A stretch of 64,000 nucleotides of DNA, from the NCBI GenBank assembly GCA_964567975.1, contig CAZMOW010000001.1, positions 26,607-90,606 of the forward strand, given 5' to 3'. Below, one piece after another: positions 1 to 8,821 of the stretch. The notes below the pieces were generated by a model. The model ran no database searches. It had not been told where the DNA came from and saw only the letters and a program-made list of their open reading frames with translations. Position 1 is the first letter of the stretch, and each line of letters begins with the position of its first letter. Origin of the DNA: an uncultured Anaerolineales bacterium. Lineage in GTDB: Bacteria > Chloroflexota > Anaerolineae > UBA1429. A program made the position numbers and the translations under genes.

Positions 1-290
1 CCCCCCGCCGTCTCATAGGGCAATATGGCATACGAAAGCACGGGCGTCGGTGCCGGTTCGTCGGCCAGGTAGGCTTTTATCCCGTTGCCGGCCAGGACCT
101 CGGCCACCGCGCGGGCAAAATCCTCCGAGCGGTAACGCATGTCATAACCCACGATCATGCCCCGATCCGCCAGTCCTTCGGAAATGAGATGATCTGCTGT
201 ACCCTGGGTGCAGTAACGCACATTCTCAAAGGTATAGTCCTCGGCCACACCCGCGCGCCACCCATCCGTACCGAACGTTATCTCCGTCAT
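1..290 (-). CDS. phosphoglucomutase/phosphomannomutase family protein, N-terminal part (gene runs off the left edge)
   Basis: My own minus-strand translation from the ATG at 290 gives MTEITFGTDGWRAGVAEDYTFENVRYCTQGTADHLISEGLADRGMIVGYDMRYRSEDFARAVAEVLAGNGIKAYLADEP... The FGTDGWRG-type N-terminus is typical of alpha-D-phosphohexomutases. It is absent from the ORF track because the window edge truncates it. Confidence 0.7.
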   Translation of the reverse strand, partial: MTEITFGTDGWRAGVAEDYTFENVRYCTQGTADHLISEGLADRGMIVGYDMRYRSEDFARAVAEVLAGNGIKAYLADEPAPTPVLSYAILPYETAG

Positions 291-349
291 CCTTTTTCTC
301 CCTTACCTCATCAAACCATGTGGGGGGCACACGCTCGTTTAGCCCGCCT

Positions 350-1315
350 TTACTCGCTCGCAACCCGGTCTCGCCAGTACTCCAGCGTATCGCGCAGCGT
401 CTGCTCCAACCTATACTCGGGCTCCCACCCCGTCGTCCTCGCGAAATATCTCGTATCACAGACCAACACCGGTACGTCACTGGGACGCATGCGCTCCGGA
501 TCCTGCTCCACCTGTATCTCGATCTCACTCAACGACAACAACAGGTCGAGGATCTCACGTATCGAATAGGTTCGAGAGGATCCGATATTATAAACCTGTC
601 CCGATTCCCCCTTGGAAAGGGCCAGATCGTAGGCCCGCACCACGTCCCGCACGTCACTGAAATCCCTCTGGGCCGCCAGGTTGCCCACGCGCATGACCGG
701 CTCCTGGCGCCCCTTTTCGATCATGACGATCTGCCGGCAAAAATCGGGGACCACAAATCCCAGACCCTGTCGTGGCCCCGTATGATTGAAAGGCCGAACT
801 CGTACGATATAAAGCTCGTGACTGAGATGATATTGGTAGCCAAGATAATCCTGAGCGATCTTGCTCACCGCATAGGGATTAAGGGGACGCAACGGGGTAT
901 CCTCGCTTGCGGGCAAATCCTCGATCCCCACCAGGCCGTATTCGTCCGCCGATCCCACCGCCAGAATCCTGGGCGTGAGATCGCAGGCGATCACAGCGCG
1001 AAGAAGGTTCAACTGTGCCGTGATGTTGTTAACGAGGGTCCCCGCAGGATCCCTCCAGGCACGCTCCACCGACGCCTGAGCCGCCAGATGAAAGATATGA
1101 TCCGGGTTGGTGGACGCTATCACATCTTTCACCGCATCATAGTTACCCAAATCCATCCGATGCAGTGTTATCTGCGACTCGATATGTTGGATGTTTCGTG
1201 TACTGTCCGTCGGCAAGCCCACGCCAAAGACACTTTCAGCGCCCACATGCTCCAATAGATGATCGGCTAAATGGCTCCCCGCAAACCCCGTGATACCCGT
1301 GATCAGCGCGCGCAG
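350..1315 (-). CDS. NAD-dependent sugar-nucleotide epimerase/dehydratase (Gmd/Rmd-like SDR); probable CTG start
   Basis: The track ORF 350..1255 has the SDR catalytic YxxxK (PYAVSK) but lacks the Rossmann glycine loop. The same frame upstream reads KLRALITGITGFAGSHLADHLLEHVGAE. No ATG/GTG/TTG occurs before an in-frame TGA. The CTG at 1315 follows GAAAGGTGG with a 6-nt spacer. Confidence 0.75.
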   Translation of the reverse strand: MRALITGITGFAGSHLADHLLEHVGAESVFGVGLPTDSTRNIQHIESQITLHRMDLGNYDAVKDVIASTNPDHIFHLAAQASVERAWRDPAGTLVNNITAQLNLLRAVIACDLTPRILAVGSADEYGLVGIEDLPASEDTPLRPLNPYAVSKIAQDYLGYQYHLSHELYIVRVRPFNHTGPRQGLGFVVPDFCRQIVMIEKGRQEPVMRVGNLAAQRDFSDVRDVVRAYDLALSKGESGQVYNIGSSRTYSIREILDLLLSLSEIEIQVEQDPERMRPSDVPVLVCDTRYFARTTGWEPEYRLEQTLRDTLEYWRDRVASE

Positions 1316-1378
1316 TTTATGCCACCTTTCTCTAATTCTCCCTACAAAATCGGCACAGTCATCTTGTCACGACGACAT

Positions 1379-2620
1379 TTACAGACCAGCGTCCTCTTCA
1401 AGTGCTTCGGCACGATTCGTCCTCTCCCACGGTGCGTCGATATCCGTGCGCCCAAAGTGGCCATAGGCCGCTGTCGGCCTATATATGGGACGTCGCAGAC
1501 AAAGGTCGCGTATGATAGCCCCTGGCCGAAAATCAAAATGCGCGCGTATCAGCTTCCCGATCTCGCCATCCGGAATCTCGCCCGTGCCAAAGGTCTCGAC
1601 ATTGAGCGACACCGGTTCGGCGACGCCTATAGTATAGGCCACCTGAATCTGACAACGCTCGGCCAACCCGGCGGCCACAACGTTCTTGGCCGCCCAACGC
1701 GTGGCATAGGAGGCGGAACGGTCCACCTTTGTGGGGTCCTTGCCCGAGAAAGCACCGCCGCCGTGAGGGATCATCCCCCCATAGGTGTCGACCATGATCT
1801 TGCGCCCCGTGAGGCCCGAATCTCCCATGGGCCCGCCGATCACGAAACGCCCCGTGCTGTTGATATAATACTGAGTCTCCTCATCCAACATATGCTCGGG
1901 CACCACCGAACGTATCACATGCTCGATGATGTCCGCCTCAATGCGTCGCTGTTTCACGTCAGGCGCATGCTGGGCAGCGATCACGATGGCATCCACCCGC
2001 ACCGGCTTGCCATATCGATACTCCACCGTAACCTGGGACTTGCCATCCGGTCGCAAATAACCCAGACTGCCATCCTTGCGCACGGCGGCCAGACGCTTTA
2101 CCAGAGCATGGGCCAGCATGATGGGCATGGGCATGAGTTCGTCGGTCTCGGTACAGGCGTAGCCAAACATCATCCCCTGGTCACCGGCCCCTACCATCTC
2201 GATCTCCGCCTCGGTTACCTCCCCTTCCCTCACCTCCTGCGCTTCATCGACCCCCCGAGCGATATCTGCAGACTGCTCATGAATAGAAGAGATGACGCCG
2301 CACGTCTGATAGTCAAAACCATAGTCGCTGGAGACGTACCCGATCTCCTCAAGAGTATCCCGGACGATGGAAGGAATCTCTACATAGCAGGAGGTGGTGA
2401 TCTCTCCCGCAACGAGGACCAGGCCCGTGGTTGCCGCACACTCGCAGGCGACGCGACCATAGGGATCCCGGGCATAGATGGCGTCCAAGACCGCATCGGA
2501 TATCTGATCACAGATCTTGTCCGGATGCCCCTCCGACACCGACTCGGAGGTAAAAAAGAAACGCGGTGAATTCATAAAATTGTACATCGTGTTCTCGTAC
2601 ATCCTTTCAACAGACAACAA
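1379..2620 (-). CDS. metK: S-adenosylmethionine synthetase
   Basis: Motifs [37 protein letters not shown] and [17 protein letters not shown] support a full-length MetK. The start is uncertain: TTG 2620 or an ATG at 2602, 2587 or 2575. Confidence 0.95.
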   Translation of the reverse strand: MLSVERMYENTMYNFMNSPRFFFTSESVSEGHPDKICDQISDAVLDAIYARDPYGRVACECAATTGLVLVAGEITTSCYVEIPSIVRDTLEEIGYVSSDYGFDYQTCGVISSIHEQSADIARGVDEAQEVREGEVTEAEIEMVGAGDQGMMFGYACTETDELMPMPIMLAHALVKRLAAVRKDGSLGYLRPDGKSQVTVEYRYGKPVRVDAIVIAAQHAPDVKQRRIEADIIEHVIRSVVPEHMLDEETQYYINSTGRFVIGGPMGDSGLTGRKIMVDTYGGMIPHGGGAFSGKDPTKVDRSASYATRWAAKNVVAAGLAERCQIQVAYTIGVAEPVSLNVETFGTGEIPDGEIGKLIRAHFDFRPGAIIRDLCLRRPIYRPTAAYGHFGRTDIDAPWERTNRAEALEEDAGL

Positions 2621-2659
2621 ACTACTCCCACCTACTCGGATCCGACGACCTGATTAGGA

Positions 2660-3922
2660 CTAGGTGCCAAGCTCCCACGAAGAGAGATATGTTTCCTGTT
2701 CCTCCGTCAGCACATCGATCTCCACGCCCATAGCCTCCAGCTTTAGGCGGGCGACTTTGCGGTCGATATCGGCGGGTACCGGATAGACCTCGCGTTTCAG
2801 TTCCTGGTGATTTTGCGCCATATACTCGGCACAAAGGGCTTGGTTGGCAAAGGACATGTCCATGACCGCGGAGGGGTGCCCCTCGGCAGCGGCAAGGTTC
2901 ACCAGACGGCCCTCGGCCAGAACATAGATACGACGACCATCCTCCAGGGTGTACGTCTGCACCGATTCCCGTGGCTGTGAAATCTCAGAAGCCATCTCGG
3001 TCAGGGCCTCAAGATTGATCTCCACGTTAAAGTGCCCAGAGTTGGCCAGAATCGCCCCATCTTTCATACGCTGAAAATGGGGAACATCCATGACCTTGAT
3101 ATCTCCCGTGGAACTCACAAAAATATCCCCCAGAGGGGCCGCGTCCAGCATGGGCATCACGCGATAACCGTCCATGACCGCCTGCAAGCCGCGCAGGGGA
3201 TCGACTTCGGTCACGATGACGTTGGCCCCCATGCCCTCGGCCCGCATGGCGATGCCCCGACTGCACCACCCATAACCGCATACCACAAAGGTTTTACCCG
3301 CCAGAAGCACGTTGGTGGCGCGGATGATACCGTCGATGGTGCTCTGGCCCGTACCATAGCGATTGTCAAAAAGGTGCTTGGTATCGGCATCGTTCACGGC
3401 AATGATGGGATATTCAAGTTTCCCCTGCTCCTGCAACGCACGCAAGCGAATGACGCCCGTGGTCGTCTCCTCGCTACCCCCTAACAGATGAGGTAACATC
3501 TCACGCCGCGACTGATGCAGCATGGAGACCAGATCTGCGCCGTCGTCCATGGTCAGCTGGGGCCGGTGATCGACGACGGAAGAGAGGTGATCGTAATACG
3601 TCTCCTTATCCTCTCTCCTGATGGCAAAGACTGATATATCAAACTCGGCGACCAACGCCGCAGCCACATCGTCCTGCGTGGAGAGGGGATTGGAAGCACA
3701 AAGAGCCACCTCCGCCCCCCCCGCCACAAGGGTACGCACCAAATTCGCCGTCTCCGTCGTCACGTGCAGGCACGCCCCGATGCGTACGTCCTCTAGAGGG
3801 CGCTCCTCCCGAAACCGCCGCCGAATGAGACGAAGCACGGGCATCTCCCGCTCTGCCCATCCAATACGCGATATGCCCTGGGCGGCGAGATTCATATCCG
3901 CTATATCATACGATTTGCCCAC
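2660..3922 (-). CDS. ahcY: adenosylhomocysteinase
   Basis: The sequence is AhcY-like end to end, with an NAD-binding GYGWCSRG segment, HFNVEI and a [14 protein letters not shown] block. It has a GTG start with an upstream AAAGGA. Confidence 0.93.
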   Translation of the reverse strand: MGKSYDIADMNLAAQGISRIGWAEREMPVLRLIRRRFREERPLEDVRIGACLHVTTETANLVRTLVAGGAEVALCASNPLSTQDDVAAALVAEFDISVFAIRREDKETYYDHLSSVVDHRPQLTMDDGADLVSMLHQSRREMLPHLLGGSEETTTGVIRLRALQEQGKLEYPIIAVNDADTKHLFDNRYGTGQSTIDGIIRATNVLLAGKTFVVCGYGWCSRGIAMRAEGMGANVIVTEVDPLRGLQAVMDGYRVMPMLDAAPLGDIFVSSTGDIKVMDVPHFQRMKDGAILANSGHFNVEINLEALTEMASEISQPRESVQTYTLEDGRRIYVLAEGRLVNLAAAEGHPSAVMDMSFANQALCAEYMAQNHQELKREVYPVPADIDRKVARLKLEAMGVEIDVLTEEQETYLSSWELGT

Positions 3923-4021
3923 CTATCATTCCTTTCAAAATACTCTGATCGTGGCTATGCTTTCGTAACCACCCCATATTTAGACGATTCTATCCAGGAT
4001 TGCTCAGTCGTATCCCCTACT

Positions 4022-4987
4022 TCACTCCATCAAAGAACGATGTAAGGCTTCACATTGTTGTTCCGGGAGCATATCAAAATACGTCAGACCCCGAAGGGCC
4101 TCATACCTTTCCTGAACATCTTCTATAGACAGGTCGCGCAGCCCATCTATGCTGAAATCCTCGACCGTGAAGGACGCAACCACGGCTCCATGGACGACCG
4201 CTCGCCGCAAGGATTTTAGAGAACAGAGTTGTGTCCTGTCCAGATAGCCCATAAACCCCGCCGCAAAGGTGTCCCCTGCCCCGGTGGGATCTATGACGCG
4301 CCGGGACGGATACGCGGGCACGAAAAAGTATCTCTCTTCAAGCTTCTGCCCCTGTACCACGAGCATCGCCCCATAGCCCCCCTGTTTGATGACCAGCGCT
4401 TTCGGGCCCAAATCGAGGATGTCTTGCGCAGCGAGCAAGAGATTGGGTTCCTCCGCAAACTGTCGAACCTCGCTTTCATTCAACAAAACGAGGTCGACCT
4501 GAGACAGGACGTGCGTCAAAGAGTCCTTTTTGGACGAGATCCAAAAGTTCATGGAGTCAAGGGCCGTCAAGCGGGGCGCATCCATCTGTTCCAAGACCTC
4601 TAGCTGCAGATCGGGATCGATATTGGCCAGAAATACACTATCCGCCTGACACAGGTCCCCAGGGATCACAGGGTGGAAATCCGCAAAGACGTTAAGCCTT
4701 GTATCTAGCGTCTCCGCATCGCCCAGATCTTGCCCATAACGTCCCGCCCAGGAGAACGTCTCACCCTCCACGATCTGCAGTCCTCGGACATCTATATCCC
4801 GCGAGGTGAGAAAGTCGATATGGCATTGAGGGAAATCATTCCCCACCACGCCGACGATGCCGACAGAAGTATATAGACTGGCAGCCGCCGCAAAATAGGT
4901 ACAGGCACCTCCCAATGTCCTGATGCGCTTCCCAAACGGCGTTTGAATATCATCCAGAGCCACAGAGCCTACCACAAGTATGCTCAA
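4022..4987 (-). CDS. PfkB-family carbohydrate/nucleoside kinase (context suggests adenosine kinase)
   Basis: It has the PfkB signature DPTGAGDTFAAGF and an N-terminal VVGSVALD sheet. Its position between core-MetE and AhcY is the only basis for the adenosine-kinase suggestion. Confidence 0.8.
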   Translation of the reverse strand: MSILVVGSVALDDIQTPFGKRIRTLGGACTYFAAAASLYTSVGIVGVVGNDFPQCHIDFLTSRDIDVRGLQIVEGETFSWAGRYGQDLGDAETLDTRLNVFADFHPVIPGDLCQADSVFLANIDPDLQLEVLEQMDAPRLTALDSMNFWISSKKDSLTHVLSQVDLVLLNESEVRQFAEEPNLLLAAQDILDLGPKALVIKQGGYGAMLVVQGQKLEERYFFVPAYPSRRVIDPTGAGDTFAAGFMGYLDRTQLCSLKSLRRAVVHGAVVASFTVEDFSIDGLRDLSIEDVQERYEALRGLTYFDMLPEQQCEALHRSLME

Positions 4988-5013
4988 TGATGCCTCCCCT
5001 TACCCATCCCCAG

Positions 5014-6099
5014 CTACTCCTCGTCCTCCCGGTCTTCCTCAACGTCCTCCACCTCGACATAGCGAGCGCGCATCTCACGGGACACGGCCACGGTAAGATC
5101 CAGAATGTGATCGACCAATCCGGGGGCCAGGGAACCAAGACCACAGGAGGGCGTCACGAACCCCCTCCGCAGGATCGCTTCCTCGGATACTCCCTCTTCA
5201 ACGAGCTGATCTATGCCCTCATGCAAGCGGGCTACAAGCGTCTCTGCCGTTTCATTCTCCGAGGCTATTCCCGCCGGCACGATACCCCAGGCCATCATAC
5301 CCCCCGCCTCAAGAAACTCGCCGATATCCTCCGCATAAAGAGACAGATTCTCCATATACTCATAGGCATCAAAGCTGATGAGGTCTACGGGAGCGCGCAG
5401 TAAAAGCGACCAATCCGTGTTGCCGCAACAGTGCACCCCCTTGATCCCCTGCAAGTCCGCAAGGACCTCGACGAGCAACTTGACCACCTGGGCCTGACTG
5501 AGAGAGACAAAGGAAGAGCCAAAAGAGGCCATGTACGGCTCATTAACGATCATGATGGACTCCGGCGCCTTTTTGCGTATCTTACGCTCTTGCCAGGCCG
5601 CTTTCAAACGCAGATGCTTGCTCACCGCGTCTGCCAGCACCTCATCATAGAGGATGGGACGTTGCGTCTCGTCCACCACGGTCAAGCCCCAGCTTATCGG
5701 GCCAGTCACTTCCCCCTTGAGGGCCACCGGCGTACGCGGAAAGGATACCTCATCCCTGCGGAGCAAATCGAGGCCCGCTGCATACGAGGCGCTCATCCTC
5801 CCATGCCCTAACTCGTCCTCCAGATAAGCCAGGTAAAGACGCTTCAGCCCCTCATCCAGCGCCTCGCCCGCAACAACCCGGACGTGTTCACCAACAGCGA
5901 TTCCCGGGAAATGCTCGCTGAACTGCACGTACATATTCTCGTGACGGTGCCGGCGCGGAAGCTGGGGCCAGCTCGGTATCTGAGGAAATCGCTCAAGAAC
6001 AGCCCGCCACGCTACCTTGGGATCCTTGTACGGCAACCCCCCTATAACAAAGGACAGCCATCTCGGTTCAAAAACCGCCTCTTTGTCCTCTGAACTCAT
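5014..6099 (-). CDS. core-type methionine synthase (MetE C-terminal-domain-only, cobalamin-independent methyltransferase fold)
   Basis: The protein is about 361 aa with MetE-type Zn ligand motifs: GVHCCGN (His-x-Cys), SFDAYEY (Glu) and TPSCGLGS (Cys). It sits directly downstream of an S-box leader. I prefer the ATG at 6099, preceded by GGTGGGTGG, over the track GTG at 6111. Confidence 0.7.
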   Translation of the reverse strand: MSSEDKEAVFEPRWLSFVIGGLPYKDPKVAWRAVLERFPQIPSWPQLPRRHRHENMYVQFSEHFPGIAVGEHVRVVAGEALDEGLKRLYLAYLEDELGHGRMSASYAAGLDLLRRDEVSFPRTPVALKGEVTGPISWGLTVVDETQRPILYDEVLADAVSKHLRLKAAWQERKIRKKAPESIMIVNEPYMASFGSSFVSLSQAQVVKLLVEVLADLQGIKGVHCCGNTDWSLLLRAPVDLISFDAYEYMENLSLYAEDIGEFLEAGGMMAWGIVPAGIASENETAETLVARLHEGIDQLVEEGVSEEAILRRGFVTPSCGLGSLAPGLVDHILDLTVAVSREMRARYVEVEDVEEDREDEE

Positions 6100-6126
6100 C
6101 ACCAACACCACCCACCATACAGGGCC

Positions 6127-6290
6127 AAAAAACGAGCCCCCCTGCGGGGAGACCGATCAGTGCCCCCCTCTAATTTTCCAGGCCAACGCCTGTCGAATTC
6201 GGCACCTGATACGACCTCGTATCGAGCGGCTCAGATTGCCGGATTTCACAGGATCGGCCCCTCCGCCCCTCAGGACAAGGCTGCACGAAT
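6127..6290 (-). promoter_or_regulatory. SAM-I (S-box) riboswitch with intrinsic terminator
   Basis: The minus-strand RNA contains CCUGAGGGGCGGAGGG..UGUGAAAUCCGGCAAUCUGA..UCAGGUGCCGAAUUCGACAGGCGUUGGCCUGGAAAAUUAGAGGGGGGCAC. This matches the conserved S-box core blocks. P3 is GGCA(A)UCUGA/UCAGGUGCC and P4 is CAGGC-GUUG-GCCUG. The terminator is CGGUCUCCCC-GCA-GGGGGGCUCG plus U6 at 6155..6127. Confidence 0.65.
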
Positions 6291-6321
6291 AAAGACCGCA
6301 AATTGCTCACCTAACGCGACC

Positions 6322-6350
6322 ATGTTATCATGGAAGGTTGAGACTGTCAA
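6322..6350 (-). promoter_or_regulatory. sigma70-type promoter of the S-box/methyl-cycle operon
   Basis: On the minus strand: -35 TTGACA (6350-6345), 17-nt spacer, -10 TAACAT (6327-6322). Confidence 0.55.
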
Positions 6351-6377
6351 GAGTCGTAACGCCGAAAAGGATTATAT

Positions 6378-6884
6378 ATGTTCGAACAGGTGCTCACCAT
6401 ATTGCTCCTCGCCACACTGGCGGGATTTATCTATCTCCTGATCAGATACGCGCAGGCCAGAGAACAGGTGGAGGATAGGGCAAAAGCATTGTTCGAGCGC
6501 TGGAGAGAAGAGGAAAGGGAGTCAGAAGCGCAGGCCAGGGCGCGCAATCTCTTTTGCGCCTGGCGCGAAAGGGAAGAACAGATGATTCGAGAGGATGCCA
6601 TCGAGAGAAGTCAGGCCGTCATCAGGGGCAAGGTGACAGAACACCTGGTACCCTTTTTCCCTGACTTTGCCTATAATCCTCGAGATGCCCGTTTTGTCGG
6701 CACGCCGGTGGATCTCATCGTCTTCGACGGCCTGAGTGAAGGAGAGGTCAAGAACGTTGTCTTTGTAGAGGTGAAAAGCGGCAGGAGCGCGGCGCTCTCA
6801 AGCAGGGAGCGGAGGGTGAGGGACTGCATCCGGGAAGGCGCCGTGACCTATGAGATCCTGCATCACCGAGGAGAAGAGCTGTGA
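6378..6884 (+). CDS. membrane-anchored endonuclease related to archaeal Holliday-junction resolvase (COG4741/Endonuc_Holl-like)
   Basis: It has an N-terminal TM helix (LTILLLATLAGFIYLLI), a charged helical linker, and then a nuclease block: AVIRGKVTEHLVPFFPDFAYNPRDARFVGTPVDLIVFDG...VVFVEVKSGRSALSSRERRVRDCI. Confidence 0.55.
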   Translation: MFEQVLTILLLATLAGFIYLLIRYAQAREQVEDRAKALFERWREEERESEAQARARNLFCAWREREEQMIREDAIERSQAVIRGKVTEHLVPFFPDFAYNPRDARFVGTPVDLIVFDGLSEGEVKNVVFVEVKSGRSAALSSRERRVRDCIREGAVTYEILHHRGEEL

Positions 6885-7540
6885 AAACGCATCCACAGGA
6901 ACTGTCCCACGTCTTATGGATGGGTGGCGGAACCTGCGCCGGAAAAACGTCCATAACAGAGATTCTGAGCCATAGATATGATCTGCGCCTATACCATTGT
7001 GACGACCTGTTCCAGGAACACAGAAACCGGGCCCAAGCTGACAAGCACCCTGCCTTCTATAATGCCATGTTTAAGAGTTACGCAGAGATGGATTGGGAAC
7101 GATTCTGGATGCGCCCCGTCGACACGCTCCTCGAAGAGCAGCTGGCCATCTATGCTGACGAGTTTGAGATGATCGTCAGCGATTTGCTGGAGATGTCACG
7201 CTCGCGTCCGATCCTCGCTGAGGGAACCGCCCTATTGCCCCGCTGCGTACAGGAGGTACTCGCCAGTCCCTCATCAGCCATCTGGTTGATTCCCGAGGAA
7301 AAGTTCCACCGCCGCATGTATCAGCAACGGGGCCTCTGGGTGCAGCGAATTCTGTGCCAGTGTGCCGATCCGCAACAGGCCTTCGAGAATTGGATGAAAC
7401 GTGATATCGTCTGTGCCAGGCGCATAGCTTCTCAGGCTGCCCGCCTGGGCTCTAAGATCCTTACTATCGACGGTAGCAGGTCGATACGGGAAAATGCCAG
7501 ACGGGTGGAGACACACTTTGAAGAAGACCTGGCTCTCTAG
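6881..7540 (+). CDS. P-loop NTPase/kinase-like protein
   Basis: It has a Walker A motif, GGGTCAGKTS. The GTG start overlaps the upstream stop (GTGA), which suggests translational coupling. Confidence 0.6.
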   Translation: MKTHPQELSHVLWMGGGTCAGKTSITEILSHRYDLRLYHCDDLFQEHRNRAQADKHPAFYNAMFKSYAEMDWERFWMRPVDTLLEEQLAIYADEFEMIVSDLLEMSRSRPILAEGTALLPRCVQEVLASPSSAIWLIPEEKFHRRMYQQRGLWVQRILCQCADPQQAFENWMKRDIVCARRIASQAARLGSKILTIDGSRSIRENARRVETHFEEDLAL

Positions 7541-7564
7541 GCTTGTCCTTCCCGCTGCACCCAC

Positions 7565-7594
7565 TTGACACACCCCTCACCGTCCGCTTACACT
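7565..7594 (+). promoter_or_regulatory. sigma70-type promoter
   Basis: TTGACA (7565-7570), 18-nt spacer, TACACT (7589-7594), about 33 nt upstream of the ATG at 7627. Confidence 0.45.
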
Positions 7595-7626
7595 AGGTCA
7601 TCACATAGAAGCTGGGAGGTAAAGAG

Positions 7627-8766
7627 ATGAGGATCACCGATATTACCTGCTATCCCGTCTGGGCTGGCAGCCGCAACTACCTGTTCGTCGTCGTCGACAC
7701 GGACGAGGGGATATATGGCGTCGGAGAATCGGGGCTGACCGGGCGGGAACTCGCCGTTATGGGAGCCATCGAGCATTTTGAGCCCCTCCTCATCGGTCAG
7801 GACCCCATACGCACGGAGCACCTGTGGCAGCTGCTCTCGCGCGGAGGTTTCTTCCCCCACGGCAAGATCCTGGGCAGCGCCATCGCCGCCATCGACATCG
7901 CCCTATGGGACATCAAAGGAAAAGCGTGGGGGGCGCCCGTCTACGACCTCTTGGGCGGCCGCGTGCGGGACAAGGTTGCCTGCTACTGCCATCTCCATGG
8001 CGGTTCGGAGGGCACCGAGGAATTGGTGACCGACGCCAAGGCCCGTGTGGCAGAGGGCTGGAAGTTTGTGCGCTGGGGGCTCTCTACCGAGGGCGATCTC
8101 CTGGAGCCGACCCGCGCTGTGCAGCGAACCATCGCCCAATTCCGCGCTCTCCGTGAGGCCCTCGGCGAGGAGGTCGAACTCTGTTTCGACATTCACACCC
8201 GTCTGGACCCTCCCGACACCATCCATCTCTGCCGAGAAGTGCTACCTTACCACCCGTTTTTCATGGAGGACCCCGTACGCTCCGAGAGCCCGCAGGCATT
8301 CCATCTCTTGCGCCAAAAGATCGACACGCCGCTGGCTGTGGGTGAGCAGTTCGCCAGTAAGTGGGACTTTCGCGAACTCATCGATCACGATCTGATAGAT
8401 TATGCGCGTATCGATCTCTGTATCTGCGGTGGCTTGACGGAAGCGCAAAAGATCGCTGGATGGTGCGAAGGCCACTATATCGACATCGTGGTACACAATC
8501 CCCTGGGGCCCATATCGATGATGGCCTGTCTGCATTTTAATCTAGCCATATCGAACTTTGGCGTGCAGGAGCAACCCCGAAAACCCGGCACCAGCCTTAC
8601 CGATATCGTTCTCAATCAACCAGAGTGGGAGGATGGCTACCTCTTGCCGCCACAAGGACCGGGGCTGGGCATCGAGTTCGATCGCGAGGCGGCACAGGCA
8701 CATCCTTTCCGCATGAAAGAATTGCCCCATCTACACCGCGAGGATGGCAGTTTCACCAACTGGTAG
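7627..8766 (+). CDS. enolase-superfamily sugar-acid dehydratase (galactonate/mannonate dehydratase family)
   Basis: It is collinear with DgoD/ManD: the MRITDIT... N-terminal capping domain, AAIDIALWDIKGKAWGAPVYDLLGG, and barrel acid residues in FDIHTR..FMEDP..AVGEQ. A GGAGG SD precedes the ATG. Confidence 0.85.
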   Translation: MRITDITCYPVWAGSRNYLFVVVDTDEGIYGVGESGLTGRELAVMGAIEHFEPLLIGQDPIRTEHLWQLLSRGGFFPHGKILGSAIAAIDIALWDIKGKAWGAPVYDLLGGRVRDKVACYCHLHGGSEGTEELVTDAKARVAEGWKFVRWGLSTEGDLLEPTRAVQRTIAQFRALREALGEEVELCFDIHTRLDPPDTIHLCREVLPYHPFFMEDPVRSESPQAFHLLRQKIDTPLAVGEQFASKWDFRELIDHDLIDYARIDLCICGGLTEAQKIAGWCEGHYIDIVVHNPLGPISMMACLHFNLAISNFGVQEQPRKPGTSLTDIVLNQPEWEDGYLLPPQGPGLGIEFDREAAQAHPFRMKELPHLHREDGSFTNW

Positions 8767-8821
8767 CGTGGTCCCACGGCGCATCCTGCGTCACCAATCC
8801 TGACAGTAGGAGACTTGACAA

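Noticed and set aside
1271-2569. Long ORFs antisense to well-supported genes. Examples are 432 aa opposite metK, 535 aa at 47071-48678 opposite PBP1A, 312 aa at 30788-31726, 300 aa at 42891-43793, 263 aa at 17373-18164, 274 aa at 26049-26873, 263 aa at 44141-44932, 257 aa at 56273-57046 and 297 aa at 57821-58714.
   Set aside because: Their translations are Arg/Pro/Gly/His-rich low-complexity strings with no family motifs. They sit exactly opposite genes with unambiguous homology. Such shadow ORFs are expected in GC-rich DNA.
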